Shown: positions 9,952 to 20,226, counted from the first letter of the stretch. The stretch: 64,000 bases of DNA from Candidatus Taylorbacteria bacterium RIFCSPHIGHO2_12_FULL_45_16 (GCA_001821055.1 MHRT01000007.1:7931-71930), one strand, 5' to 3'. Numbers and translations: made by a program. Notes: generated from the sequence alone by a model not told the origin.

Positions 9952-10879
9952 ACAATGATTTAAGTGTGTGGAAGGATGACGCATGCACGTTCCCTTCATC
10001 CCTATGAACAGGACAAGTTACGAACTTGCGGGATTTCCCATTTCCGGATCCGCCATTCCTGTTCTAATTAATACGGATCCATTCAAGAGGTGACTATGAA
10101 AATTGACCAATTTACGCGCATCAAATTCACCATCACCTTATGCGAGAGATCTGCACAATCCCCAGGAACACACAATCGTTGCCTCTATGAGCAGAATTTG
10201 AATCCGAATTCTCCGGAAACAAATTCCGCCCATAGAAGCCAAAGAACAAATTTTCCTTAATAAAGTACACAAGCCCTCAGTTTCGGTACAACATTTTAGC
10301 CCCGATTATCTGCGGCGCGAAATTTCTCGATGAGTGAGCTGTTACGCTATCTTCGAATGATGGCTGCTTCTAAGCCTACATCCTCATTGTTATAGAAATT
10401 TCACTACCTTAAGCGCACTTAATGTTGATTTAGGGACCTTAAATTGAGATCCGGGCTGTTTCCCTTTTGACCAATGGAGCTTAGCCCCCACAGTCTAACT
10501 GCCGGATAATTACCTTACGTATTCGGAGTTTGATAGGTTCAGGGATCTTTCGACCTGTCAGAACCTTCCAGTGCTCTACCCCGTAAGGGTACATCCGACG
10601 CGAACCCAAAAGTTCTTTCGGAGAGAACCAGCTATTACCAGATTCGATTAGCTTATCACTCCTTACCACACGTCATCCGATAGTTTTGCACGGCTAACCG
10701 GTTCGGGCCTCCATCCTCCTTTCGGAGAACTTCACCCTGCGCGTGGCAAGCTCATCTGGCTTCGGGTCTTTAGCAAACTACGAGCGCCCTGTTCAGACTC
10801 GGTTTCCCTGTGACTCCGTCCTCGCGGACTTAGTCGAGCAGCTTGCTAAAACTCGTTGGCTCATTCTTCAATAGGCACG

Positions 10880-10980
10880 CCGTCACGGACAACACAAATT
10901 AAACAATTTAACTATTCAACAATTGAACTATTAATAATTGTTAAATGGTTCCTTTGTAGAATTATTTAATTTGTGTTGTC
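10880..10980 (-). other. Helix-25-region intervening sequence of 23S, an AT-rich hairpin carrying the four-helix-bundle cassette end motifs (ORF-less)
   Basis: Inverted arms GACAACACAAATTAAA / TTTAATTTGTGTTGTC enclose ttcaacaattgaactatt + aattgttaaatggttcctttgtagaatt. Confidence 0.55.
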
Positions 10981-11038
10981 CGCTCCGACTCCTTGTAGGC
11001 ATATGGTTTCAGATCTATTTCACCGCCCTTCCGGGCTG

Positions 11039-11078
<40 letters not shown>

Positions 11079-11494
11079 TAGAAAAATATTTAGACTTGCC
11101 AGTTAGTTCTGGCGGATTCCACCGAGCTTTTCGTGTCCCGGTGTACTTGAGAATCAAGACAAAGAAGATCTTTTATTTTCGCTTATGGGACTATCACCCG
11201 CTAGGGTCGAGCTTTCCAGCTCGTCAAGCTAATAAAAAATTTGATAACTTCTCTGCCAATTCTAAATAAATAGAATAGCACGTCTCAACCTCGCAACCCC
11301 CTACTCCGCTCGTTACTACGTAACGAGCTTCGAAGGGCAAGTTCCTTTATTTAGGGCCTGCCCTTCGTAGCTCATGCGTAGCAATGAGCGAAGTAGGGTT
11401 TAGTCTTCTCCGCGTTCGCTCGCCGCTACTGACGGAATGCATGTTTGTTTATTTTCCACCTGGTACTGAAATGTTTTACTTCCCAGGGTACGCT

Positions 11495-11686
11495 CCTGCT
11501 TAGATTTTTGGGTTCTTGACAAAAAGAATATAATTTGATACTATATCTAGTGAAGATTTACAAGGTTTCTTACCCTAAGACTTTCTGAAGCCTTCCGCTT
11601 CGACAAGTTCTTGGAAGTCACCCTTGAAGTTTTCACTAAGGCCCCCGTGGGCCTTTTTCTTTTTTGAACACAAAAATCTAAGCAGG
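11495..11686 (-). other. Helix-9 intervening sequence of 23S (~150 nt from the 5' end), closed by a 16-bp stem
   Basis: Arms CCTGCTTAGATTTTTG / CAAAAATCTAAGCAGG. The insert has no rRNA homology. Confidence 0.55.
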
Positions 11687-12240
11687 TCTCCAGGTTTTAC
11701 CTGAAGGGGTTTCCCCATTCGGACATCTTCGGATCAAAGGTTGCTCGGCACCTCCCCGAAGCGTATCGCCGCCACGCCACGTCCTTCATCGCTTTTTCTA
11801 GCCAAGGCATCCACCATACGCCCTTTAAATTTCCTATTAGGAAATTTAAAAACCGTTTTCACCCTTCGAAGCTCCTTTTTAGGAGCGAAGTAGGGTTTGT
11901 CACGCCATAGCCATTTTTCAATGGCGACGGCGGACTATTACTTATTTACCTACATGGTATCTGTCATATGCTCGACCCGAGCACATAACAAACCGGTTCG
12001 AAATGATTCTACTCGAATCACCTGAACCCCTTATAATTTGAGATATGTAATTTTCAAGATTCATTCGTCCTGCATTGTCCTCCGAAGCTTTCCTGACCTC
12101 CGAAGCTTTAGCGTAGGAGGTAGCGAAGGAGGAAAAGAAAAAACCGCTTCGGCGGTTACAAGCTAAGCTCTATTACTAGAGTTTGGCTATGGCCGCTTTA
12201 ATATTCGGTTAATCTTTGTATTCATATCTGAGTACAAGTA

Positions 12241-12269
12241 AGTATACGGATGGCCAAGAATATGTCAAG
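12241..12269 (-). promoter_or_regulatory. Sigma70-like promoter for the 23S-5S operon (TTGACA-17-TATACT), about 395 nt upstream of the mature 23S 5' end
   Basis: -35 element is RC of plus 12264-12269 and -10 is RC of plus 12241-12246. It sits immediately downstream of the terminator of the upstream gene. Confidence 0.55.
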
Positions 12270-12293
12270 GGTTTTGCCGAGGTGTAACCTCGA

Positions 12294-12323
12294 CAAAAAG
12301 CGGTCAATTTGACCGCTTTTTGT
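12294..12323 (-). terminator. Rho-independent terminator (AAAAAGCGGTCAA-TTGACCGCTTTTT)
   Basis: Perfect hairpin flanked by A/T runs, directly after the stop of the 12349-13035 gene. Confidence 0.7.
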
Positions 12324-12348
12324 GAAATAATAAATGTCGTGGAAACCA

Positions 12349-13035
12349 CTAGTCCTTTTCTTCAACGGCCCGAATAGTCTTGTCAATAATCTTGGCAGCC
12401 GCATCCTTACCACCGAGACCAAATGCCAATCCGGCAGCCAATGCGGCACCAGCAAAAATGGCGACAATGATAGTCTGGATCCAAGGAGCAATACCGAGAT
12501 TGAAGAGAGCGGTCAGGATAGCAAATATCCAGATGGCCCACTTGGTAACACGGCCTAGGAGCTCTGCCATCTTGACATGGGCAGCGCGTGCACTGGCAGC
12601 GACAATCCTTTGCATGGCACTACCGACAATAACGGCCGCCATAAGAATGAGAATCGCAACAATAACTTGTGGAAGATAATTGACCACATCCCGAAGGAAG
12701 TTGTTGACCTGAGTCAAACCAAGCACATCAAAAGATGCGATCAAAAAGACGACGATGACAAACCATTTGACGACGGCCCCAACGAACATGCCAGAATTAA
12801 GATTGTGGCCGGCACGTTTGACGACATCCTCAAGACCGGCGCTCTTCAAAGCGGCGTCAATCTTGAGAGATCTGAAAATAGTCTCAACAAGCTTTTCGAT
12901 GAGCGCAGCGAGCACCCAACCGATAGCAAATATAATAAGAGCGATGACGAGGTTCGGTATAAAACCGGCAACACCGTACCATACGCTCTGGAGAGAACGG
13001 GCAAATACATCGCCCCACGACTCAATAAACATCAT
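12349..13035 (-). CDS. Membrane protein with conserved-TM-helix repeats (MscS-associated TM_helix-like)
   Basis: Two repeated TM modules plus a C-terminal segment LAAGLAFGLGGKDAAAKIID. Confidence 0.55.
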   Translation of the reverse strand: MMFIESWGDVFARSLQSVWYGVAGFIPNLVIALIIFAIGWVLAALIEKLVETIFRSLKIDAALKSAGLEDVVKRAGHNLNSGMFVGAVVKWFVIVVFLIASFDVLGLTQVNNFLRDVVNYLPQVIVAILILMAAVIVGSAMQRIVAASARAAHVKMAELLGRVTKWAIWIFAILTALFNLGIAPWIQTIIVAIFAGAALAAGLAFGLGGKDAAAKIIDKTIRAVEEKD

Positions 13036-13131
13036 ATGATTATAATTAAAATAATAAATTTCTTTCTAATATCTCTATTATACCATGTATAAACCTCGTA
13101 CAGAGGAGGGTGGGGACAACCTGGTAACTAG

Positions 13132-13761
13132 TTACTGGTTCATCTCAACCCCCAACCTATCCAAAAGAGTAATATGAGGATAATCGAGTATATCCCGAAC
13201 CAAACGGTCATGTATGCCAAGTCTGTATTCAAAATCTTGCACCTCAAACGCCGAATAGGCTATCTCCTTTCCTATCTCCGACTCAATGGCCTTGATGACC
13301 GTCTCAATCTTGTTGAGATTAAGCTCTTCGCCGACAATGAGAAGATCAACTCGTGAATCCCAATTTTGAATGAAGACTCCGGCGGCGACAAAAAGTTTTA
13401 TGCGCCCGGCATTGGTAAACCTCCTAGCCAAAGACTCATCGGCATGCAGGCTCGCGACCGTAAGCAGATTCTTGAGAGGTTCCAGATATGGAAACTTATC
13501 ATCAAGGATGTATCCTTCACCACGAAGTTTCTTGAAGATGATTTTGTCTCCCTGTCGCGCTTCAATACTCTTCAGGACCTGCTTGCGTTTGATAATGCCG
13601 GCTTTCGCCAAGACACCCAATTCTTTGCGCACTGCCGTTGGCGCGGATTTGCTCCTATAGGCAAGCTCTCTCGGCAAGAACGGTGTTGATCCATTGAACA
13701 AAAATTGGCGAAGCAATTTGACCTTCGTCTGACTTCCAAAAAGTGCGATGAGAGTTTCCAT
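13132..13761 (-). CDS. Hypothetical protein with an N-terminal winged-helix-like segment (start moved to Met51 of the track ORF)
   Basis: METLIALFGSQTKVKLLRQFLFN...LPRELAYRSKSAPTAVRKELGVLAKAGIIKRK. The longer track ORF would overlap the 27-bp inverted repeat. Confidence 0.4.
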   Translation of the reverse strand: METLIALFGSQTKVKLLRQFLFNGSTPFLPRELAYRSKSAPTAVRKELGVLAKAGIIKRKQVLKSIEARQGDKIIFKKLRGEGYILDDKFPYLEPLKNLLTVASLHADESLARRFTNAGRIKLFVAAGVFIQNWDSRVDLLIVGEELNLNKIETVIKAIESEIGKEIAYSAFEVQDFEYRLGIHDRLVRDILDYPHITLLDRLGVEMNQ

Positions 13762-13830
13762 GATGGTAAATCGTATTGTAGCAGAAATTGGCGCGAAAGG
13801 AAGCGCCTGACAACACAGGACTTCAGTCGA

Positions 13831-13933
13831 ACCAGCGCACAGCAAAAAACATGTGGGATTCGGATACGCGCGTTCGGCCGAGAGCGGCCTGCGCAATGTA
13901 TCCTCACCCACATGTTTTTTGCTGTGCGCTGGT
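13831..13933 (-). promoter_or_regulatory. Long perfect inverted repeat (27-bp arms, 49-nt loop) 8 nt downstream of the rplL stop
   Basis: Arms accagcgcacagcaaaaaacatgtggg / cccacatgttttttgctgtgcgctggt. The loop itself contains GGCCGCTCTCGGCC. Confidence 0.6.
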
Positions 13934-13940
13934 TCGGTGA

Positions 13941-14327
13941 TTATTTGAACTCAACCTTTCCGCCTGCAGCTTCAATCTGTTTCTTAAAGGCTTCAGCGTC
14001 TTCTTTCTTCATGCCATCCTTGAGAAGGGTCGGAGCCGCGTCAACCAAATCCTTTGCCTCTTTGAGACCGAGAGCCAGGACTTCTTTGACGACTTTGATA
14101 ACGGCTATCTTCGTCCCACCGGCGGCCGCGAGATGAACCGCGACTGTTGATTTTTCGTCAGCCACGGCGACGACCGGAGCAGCAGCAACGGCTACGGCTT
14201 GGGCCGAAACACCGAATCTCTTTTCGAGCAACTTGACCAATTCGTTAAGGTCAAGAACAGGCATTTTTTCGATTGATTCCACCAAGGCTTTGAACTTTGA
14301 GGGAATCTCTACTGGAGTATTTTCCAT
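13941..14327 (-). CDS. rplL: Ribosomal protein L7/L12
   Basis: Ala-rich hinge plus a C-terminal domain ending ...[42 protein letters not shown]. Confidence 0.9.
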   Translation of the reverse strand: MENTPVEIPSKFKALVESIEKMPVLDLNELVKLLEKRFGVSAQAVAVAAAPVVAVADEKSTVAVHLAAAGGTKIAVIKVVKEVLALGLKEAKDLVDAAPTLLKDGMKKEDAEAFKKQIEAAGGKVEFK

Positions 14328-14452
14328 GATAAATTTTATTATAATTTAGTAATCTCTAAAATTAGATAAACAAATGACCAAGTTACCGATGATCAATATC
14401 TGTGATTGGACTTGATCACTGAACATTGCATCATTGATTCATTGTCTAATAA

Positions 14453-14944
14453 TTATACTGTCTTCTTTTTACTAATTTCTCCCAACGCCATCACAAATCC
14501 TTGAATTGGGAAATTGATGACATTGAGAAACATGCCTTGAAGGACCGGTAGCGCTGGGATTGAGGCAATATCGATCATTTCTTCCTTCGTCATGTATCTG
14601 CTTTCAAATACACCACCAATGATAGCCACTTGACCTTTCAATTTCTTTTGGAATTCGTAGACGCCGCGGGCTGGGGCCACTAGATCCGTGCCATAGGCGA
14701 AACCAAATTCCCCCACCAACTCAGGCGCTGTGCCTGCGTATTTTTTGCTGGCTAGGGCCAATGAAGTCAAGGACTTTTTGGCGACGAAGAATCCGACCCG
14801 CTCCGCCTTGAGCGTGCGACGCATCTTGGTGGCATCTTCAAGCTTGAGTCCGTGAATATTCACAAAGACAAGTGACTTGGCACCCTCCATGAGTGTCCGC
14901 ACTTTTTCAATGATTTCTTTCTTTTGTGCTTTTGTACGAGCCAT
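14453..14944 (-). CDS. rplJ: Ribosomal protein L10
   Basis: MARTKAQKKEIIEKVRTLMEGAKSLVFVNIHGLKLEDATKMRRTLK..., located upstream of rplL. Confidence 0.85.
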   Translation of the reverse strand: MARTKAQKKEIIEKVRTLMEGAKSLVFVNIHGLKLEDATKMRRTLKAERVGFFVAKKSLTSLALASKKYAGTAPELVGEFGFAYGTDLVAPARGVYEFQKKLKGQVAIIGGVFESRYMTKEEMIDIASIPALPVLQGMFLNVINFPIQGFVMALGEISKKKTV

Positions 14945-15111
14945 TTTTAAATAAGGAAATAAGCAAATATTTTTGCATTTTCCAATGTTATTTTATCGAC
15001 CTTTGCAGGCCTAACAGAGAGTAACCTCGGAAGGTCTTATGCGCTTTGCTACGCCGAAGCGTATGCGGAAGCGAGCCTTCTGTCTTAAGCCGTGCGAAGA
15101 CAATATCATAT

Positions 15112-18006
15112 TTACTCAAATTGGGCAAGAAAAGCGTCTATCATCACCACAATCTGGTCTTTTTCGGCAGCGGATAACAATTTTACTTTCTTATGCTTTA
15201 TTACTTTTTTCAGCTTATCGGCATTGTTGTGAATTTTCTTTAATTTGCCGTCTTTGACAAACCCTTGGAGACGATCAATTCGCCTGATTATATTTTTGGA
15301 ACGATTCGTCAGACCGACAAGCTGTATAATGGTTTTTTCGAGAGATTCCAGAAATAATTTCGGGTCCGGCTTGGTATTGGCTTTGACTGTAATATCCGTT
15401 GAACCATTACCATCTATGTCTACTTTTAAGGCCGGTGTTGAGGAGGCAAGTTTTATCGGAATAACTGTTCCGTCCGTTCGCGGAACCTGCGTACTGATTG
15501 TGGTCGAAGCGGTCATAAGAGGTGTCGCCGGTAATCCCGCGTAAGTTATGCTATCCAAAACATCCCCACCCCGAATCCGCTCCACATTGTAAGTGAATTC
15601 TCCCACCCCGATACCCTGAATGGCTACCGAATATGTCTGACCGCCATCATCCGGCAATGAAATATAAGTTTCCGGCTGGTCCTCGTCGCCATAAATTTCG
15701 AAACTGCTTCCCCTTATATTGTTTTCAACATAAGTATACAGGCCTTCTTCAATTTCTTCATCCGTACCAGCCGGCAGCGGAGCCATGCCGGTATGATTGC
15801 CATCGTCATCATAAACATGAAGCTCGACTGGTGAGTGCGTGCTGACTACCAGAAATGTCGCTTCTTGACTATAATCCGGTTCTCCAATAGTCACTCCGGG
15901 AATCTTGATCAATTCTTCCTCAATTATCTTGGCATTTTGGTTGTGATTATTTGTCATCACCAAATTCTCAATGGCCTTTTGCGTCGCCGTCGCACCCAAA
16001 ATATTTGAATGATATATATCCTTGCCGGCTGACTTGGAAATTAACGGTAAATTGATCGCCGTCGTAGTTCCAGCATTATAGGCCGCGCTTTGTGCTACAA
16101 CCGTGCCGTCACCCATCGAAGTAGTTGTCGCGTTATATTTTCCCAAATCCGTCCCCGAATAGACTACACCCTTTGCTGTTTTATTTCCCCAGCCAACTAT
16201 TGCCCAACGGGCGATGTTAGCCGGCCAAGAAAATGGATCCAAAATTCCGTGGACTATCTCCGCCGCCTTCATTAGCGCCAAATTTGTCCGCGAACCAATA
16301 AATAAATTCTGTTTGAGAGATGAATCTATCGACGTCGTGGTGCCATTCGCATAGGCGATGGTTGGTCCAAAGACTTTCGTAAAATATCCGGCAGAAGGAA
16401 TAAGGGAGTAGGCGCTCGACATATTCAATCCCAATTCCTTGGCCACGCTTTTTTTGAGGATCAATCCGCCGAATATTGACTGATTATCGCCATGCAATAG
16501 ACCGAGTATAGCTTGGGGCGTCCCCAGATATGGCACGGCCACGGAAATAACCGAATCTATCAGGTTTTCTTTACCCATGTCGGTCAGAGTTTTTACCAGA
16601 TATTTCACCACTAGTCCGCCATTACTATGAGCTATCAAAGTCACTTTGCCGGTCCTTGACCTTGAGGCCAATTGCTCAACCGTCTCCAATAATGATCTCG
16701 TGGTCGTCGCCCGTCGCGTCCCTCCTTCTGCTATCTGTTGAACAGGTCGGCGCCAATCATAGCCAAATGATTCCCATTCGGCGATTTTTCCGTCCGCTAG
16801 CAAACCGTCCAAAAAATTCATGAAGGAGCCATAAACATCTTTTAGGCCCAATGCCTTCCCAATTGGGTCGCCAGCATAAACAGCCGAGTCAACGCTCGTC
16901 CCATCCGGATTCAAGAATAATTTCCTGACATCGTCATTTCGGTTAGGTTCCCAGAGTTGGTTGACTGAGGAATCGAAACCTAACAATCCCTGCTCTAGAC
17001 GATACAACCTACTGGCTTCAAATCCCGGTAAAAATACAACGCTTGAACAACAAGATGGCACTTTGGTCTCAAATGGATCATAGACAAGCCATGGGTCATA
17101 CGCAATCGGACCTTTTAGGCCATTGGGCGCAAAAATATCACCAAAAACGGCCGAAGAATCCGCAGGGATAATTCGCGGCCCGTCAACGCTTCCCCACCAA
17201 TTGTGTTCGGCACGCACATCTATCGAAGTGTTATTAACAATCGCCGCTTCTCTATTATTCAATAAACTGGAACCCGTTATAGTCACATACGAGGGACCAA
17301 ATTCAAAAGCATGGGAGATTTTTGCCAACCCGATCTTTGCAAGCGCGTCAAGTATCGGATTCTGTATCTTGTCTCGCGGAGATGATTCGGCGTTATTCCT
17401 TGCGTCAGACAAGAACAATCTGTTGGATTTGACTTGGAAAATTCCACTTGAATCTTTCACGGTAATGCCGTTGCCGTTTCCTTCTATCTTACTGCCTTGA
17501 ATCGTGACCAAACTATTTTCTATGCCAATTCCATCTGAAACAATGCCATCTGCCACATTGGAAATAGTCGTCGTCGAAATATATCCTTCCGCGCCGACGA
17601 AAGTCAGGGTGCCTTTCATGAAAATTGACGCGTAAGAGATGTCCGCGCGACCATGATCTATGGTTATCCCAAAAATATCCACAATACGAATAGGGTCCTG
17701 TTCTGAACCATGAGCCGATAATGTTCCTCCAATGTACATATAGGGTTCATATTCAGAAGCCGGATCGGCTCTGACTTCAACGCCCGGCTCTATAGTCAAT
17801 GTCATGTCAGACGAGACCGTGATTGTGTCACTTAGAATATAGGGACTATGGACTTTGTCCCACACAGTATCTCCCAGTAAAAATCCATCGGTGATAATAG
17901 TTTCCGCCCTAACAGTCGGCAAAAATCCAATGAACGCGATCAAACCCGTAGCCACCCAGTTAAGAGTATGTGAAAGAAGTTTTTCATATGCATTAGAGGT
18001 TAGCAA
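15112..18006 (-). CDS. Secreted protein with an N-terminal right-handed beta-helix region and an LCAT/PGAP1-like alpha/beta-hydrolase (lipase) domain
   Basis: Signal/TM LNWVATGLIAFIGFLPTVRA followed by beta-helix repeats. Lipase features are YDWR and the GxSxG-type motif LIAHSNGG. The start codon is TTG according to the ORF track. Confidence 0.65.
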   Translation of the reverse strand: MLTSNAYEKLLSHTLNWVATGLIAFIGFLPTVRAETIITDGFLLGDTVWDKVHSPYILSDTITVSSDMTLTIEPGVEVRADPASEYEPYMYIGGTLSAHGSEQDPIRIVDIFGITIDHGRADISYASIFMKGTLTFVGAEGYISTTTISNVADGIVSDGIGIENSLVTIQGSKIEGNGNGITVKDSSGIFQVKSNRLFLSDARNNAESSPRDKIQNPILDALAKIGLAKISHAFEFGPSYVTITGSSLLNNREAAIVNNTSIDVRAEHNWWGSVDGPRIIPADSSAVFGDIFAPNGLKGPIAYDPWLVYDPFETKVPSCCSSVVFLPGFEASRLYRLEQGLLGFDSSVNQLWEPNRNDDVRKLFLNPDGTSVDSAVYAGDPIGKALGLKDVYGSFMNFLDGLLADGKIAEWESFGYDWRRPVQQIAEGGTRRATTTRSLLETVEQLASRSRTGKVTLIAHSNGGLVVKYLVKTLTDMGKENLIDSVISVAVPYLGTPQAILGLLHGDNQSIFGGLILKKSVAKELGLNMSSAYSLIPSAGYFTKVFGPTIAYANGTTTSIDSSLKQNLFIGSRTNLALMKAAEIVHGILDPFSWPANIARWAIVGWGNKTAKGVVYSGTDLGKYNATTTSMGDGTVVAQSAAYNAGTTTAINLPLISKSAGKDIYHSNILGATATQKAIENLVMTNNHNQNAKIIEEELIKIPGVTIGEPDYSQEATFLVVSTHSPVELHVYDDDGNHTGMAPLPAGTDEEIEEGLYTYVENNIRGSSFEIYGDEDQPETYISLPDDGGQTYSVAIQGIGVGEFTYNVERIRGGDVLDSITYAGLPATPLMTASTTISTQVPRTDGTVIPIKLASSTPALKVDIDGNGSTDITVKANTKPDPKLFLESLEKTIIQLVGLTNRSKNIIRRIDRLQGFVKDGKLKKIHNNADKLKKVIKHKKVKLLSAAEKDQIVVMIDAFLAQFE

Positions 18007-18037
18007 GCCTAATAATGCACACAGCGTATCAGACAGC

Positions 18038-18080
18038 GATAAAGATTCGCTGAAGAAGTGATAAAGTTTTGCTGAAGTTT
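18038..18080 (+). repeat. Copy 1 of the ~43-nt intergenic repeat (GATAAAGAnnnGCTGAAGAAGTGATAAAGTTTnGCTGAAGTTT), 32 nt upstream of the 15112-18006 start
   Basis: Near-identical to copies at 31427-31480 and 59071-59113. Confidence 0.7.
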
Positions 18081-18276
18081 CGCGTCTCGAGAATAAACCT
18101 CGATAAGAATATCCTACAGAGTTGAGCCGTATCGGCCGACCAAAAATAAAACCGCAAAGCTGGCCATGAGAATAAGCATAAAACCTATTAGAAATCGGAA
18201 GAAACTGCGGTCAAAAGGATTAATCATATTGGAAATAGTATAACATGAACTAGCGAGGTCTACCCTCGCTTACAAC

Positions 18277-18305
18277 CAAAAACCATCCTTTCGGATGGTT
18301 TTTGG
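18277..18305 (-). terminator. Rho-independent terminator (AAAAACCATCC-GAAA-GGATGGTTTTT)
   Basis: Hairpin plus U-run downstream of the stop of 18335-19468. Confidence 0.7.
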
Positions 18306-18334
18306 ACTACATTCATCTAGATGAATCATGCACT

Positions 18335-19468
18335 CTACAAACCAAGCTGATTGAGTCTCATTCTTGTCTTAGGTCCTACTTGTCCATAACCTTCATCTCC
18401 GGGGTTGGCAATGCCATATTTGACTTGGAATTTCTGTACTGCTTGTTCAGTCAAAGATCCGAAATAATCAGTTTCATTACCTGGAGAACCAGTCCCTTCA
18501 GTTGTAATCTGAGTCTCAGGATCTTTGTTAAGTATTTTCTGAAGATTCTTCACATCCTCACCAGAAGTACCTTTAGTTAAGCGCGTGTTAAAGACTACTA
18601 CAGCAGTGGTTGCTGGAGTTACACCTGACAACGGAGTTATAGTCGGCGCAGGAACTGTCGCAGGCACAGCGCCACCAGTTGCCGAAACTTCTACAATCTT
18701 TGCTCGAGTTGCCGGACCAACTCTGCCTACTTGCGATATGCCATACTTTGCCTGAAATCTCTTCACGGCTCGTTCTGTCGCTGGACCAAAAAAACCATTG
18801 GCGATGCCTTCGGGATATATCTCACTAAACCGCGCTAGGAATTTCTGAAGTGTTTCCACATCAGATCCTTCGGTACCGCGGGAAAGGTCACTTGTAAGAA
18901 CAACAGAGGCGGAGAAAGCCGAAGGGATGGGAGTACACGTCACACCTGCTGGACAACCAGGAACCGTGGCTAGAATAACCGCTGGAATGACTACGGGGGC
19001 GGTAACGGCAACTGGTGCAGGTGATCCAAATCCTCCTGGACTGCTACCGCTACTTATGTTACTGCCCGCGGATGCCGTACTACATACGGTAGCTGTAGGA
19101 ATAATCAGCGCCGTAGGTACAGCTTCACTTCCACTAGGAACAGTGATTGTTAAAGTTGAAACACTATCCGAACATGACTGTGTAACATATGCACTAGTAA
19201 CGCCATCAACAGTAAAAACTTTTCTATCGGCTGATGTTACAGTCATAGCAGATCCTGTGGCAATAGTGATTGAAAAATCTGACGAGCCAACTTCTATGGA
19301 TTGTAGAAGTGCCGATGAACCACTTACTGTCAGATTGTAACCCCCGACAGTCAAAACTGTATCAGTTGTCAAAGTCACATCATTATATGCCGCCTGTGCA
19401 GAGATTATTGGTACCAATAGTAATAGTGAAAAAACTATTGTACCAATATGTAATTGGTATTTAGGCAT
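18335..19468 (-). CDS. Secreted protein with two peptidoglycan-binding-domain-like repeats and an S/T-rich N-terminal region
   Basis: Signal peptide MPKYQLHIGTIVFSLLLLVPIISAQA. PG_binding-like repeats ...LQKFLAR...GFFGPATERAVKRFQAKYGI... appear twice. Confidence 0.65.
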   Translation of the reverse strand: MPKYQLHIGTIVFSLLLLVPIISAQAAYNDVTLTTDTVLTVGGYNLTVSGSSALLQSIEVGSSDFSITIATGSAMTVTSADRKVFTVDGVTSAYVTQSCSDSVSTLTITVPSGSEAVPTALIIPTATVCSTASAGSNISSGSSPGGFGSPAPVAVTAPVVIPAVILATVPGCPAGVTCTPIPSAFSASVVLTSDLSRGTEGSDVETLQKFLARFSEIYPEGIANGFFGPATERAVKRFQAKYGISQVGRVGPATRAKIVEVSATGGAVPATVPAPTITPLSGVTPATTAVVVFNTRLTKGTSGEDVKNLQKILNKDPETQITTEGTGSPGNETDYFGSLTEQAVQKFQVKYGIANPGDEGYGQVGPKTRMRLNQLGL

Positions 19469-19478
19469 AGTTAATAAT

Positions 19479-20006
19479 TTAACGAATAATGATATAAGAT
19501 GTGCTTGAACCTACACCAAGAGCTGAAGGAACTGCAGTCGGACCATTATTATAAAGCAAGACTGTAATATATCCCGAAGTTGTAGATGCTTGTGCTCCAA
19601 TAATGTTCCAGTAAGCAGAACCCGCTGTTGTCGTAATAGGTGTTGAAGATGCCAGTTGGGCAATCACCACATCTCCAGATACTACTCCTGTCACAGCACA
19701 ATCATAGGCCTCGGTAGTAGAAGCTGTCTGACTGCCATCCATACTATTTAGACCTGTTCCATTCCACGAAGAACAACTCCCTTTGATAACTTGTGTAAGT
19801 GCTGTTCCACTAGAACCAACGGTGAGTGTACCGCTCGTAGTCACAGCAGCTAGAGAGCTTGCTCCTGAGACAGTAAGCGTCCCTGCTGTATTAATATTTG
19901 TACTAATAGTCGTGGCAGCAGATACTCCGGTGGTGACAATCAAGACACCGAGTATTATTGAAAGTATGACTGTTAAAAAAGGACTTTTTGAATAAAGTTT
20001 TTTCAT
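19479..20006 (-). CDS. Small secreted S/T/G-rich protein
   Basis: Signal peptide MKKLYSKSPFLTVILSIILGVLIVTTGVSA followed by low-complexity sequence. Confidence 0.45.
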   Translation of the reverse strand: MKKLYSKSPFLTVILSIILGVLIVTTGVSAATTISTNINTAGTLTVSGASSLAAVTTSGTLTVGSSGTALTQVIKGSCSSWNGTGLNSMDGSQTASTTEAYDCAVTGVVSGDVVIAQLASSTPITTTAGSAYWNIIGAQASTTSGYITVLLYNNGPTAVPSALGVGSSTSYIIIR

Positions 20007-20116
20007 AATTTAATTATTAATAGTTGGTACTAATAAATAGTACCTGTTAATTTGTGAATTATAAACCCTCATTGAGTTAATAGATAGATAGAGTTGGGGA
20101 TAACTTCCTCAAACAC

Positions 20117-20145
20117 AAAAACCACTCCGAAAGGGGTGGTTTTTG
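20117..20145 (-). terminator. Rho-independent terminator (AAAAACCACCCC-TTTCGG-AGTGGTTTTT)
   Basis: Hairpin plus T-run downstream of the stop of 20227-22167. Confidence 0.7.
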
Positions 20146-20226
20146 TTTCTCTGGACTTCGAAGCTCTGAGCTTGCGAAGAGCGGAGTAGTCCAACATTGT
20201 GACCAGTTGGGAGGAGAGAAGGTTAA

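Larger units (their letters stand above)
9566..10256 (-). other. Helix-45 intervening sequence of 23S (~690 nt), closed by a ~20-bp extended stem, containing two tRNA-like structures
   Basis: The insert lies between ...ACCGAAACTGAGGGC and GCGGTAGGAGAGTATTCG (E. coli ~1170-1180). The 5' arm CTTGTGTACTTTATTAAGG and the 3' arm CCTTAATTAAGTACACAAG are complementary. Confidence 0.7.

Noticed and set aside
11517-11550. Plus-strand promoter-like TTGACA-17-TACTAT inside the helix-9 IVS of 23S
   Set aside because: It is AT-rich IVS sequence antisense to rRNA with no downstream ORF or RNA candidate. Most likely a chance match.
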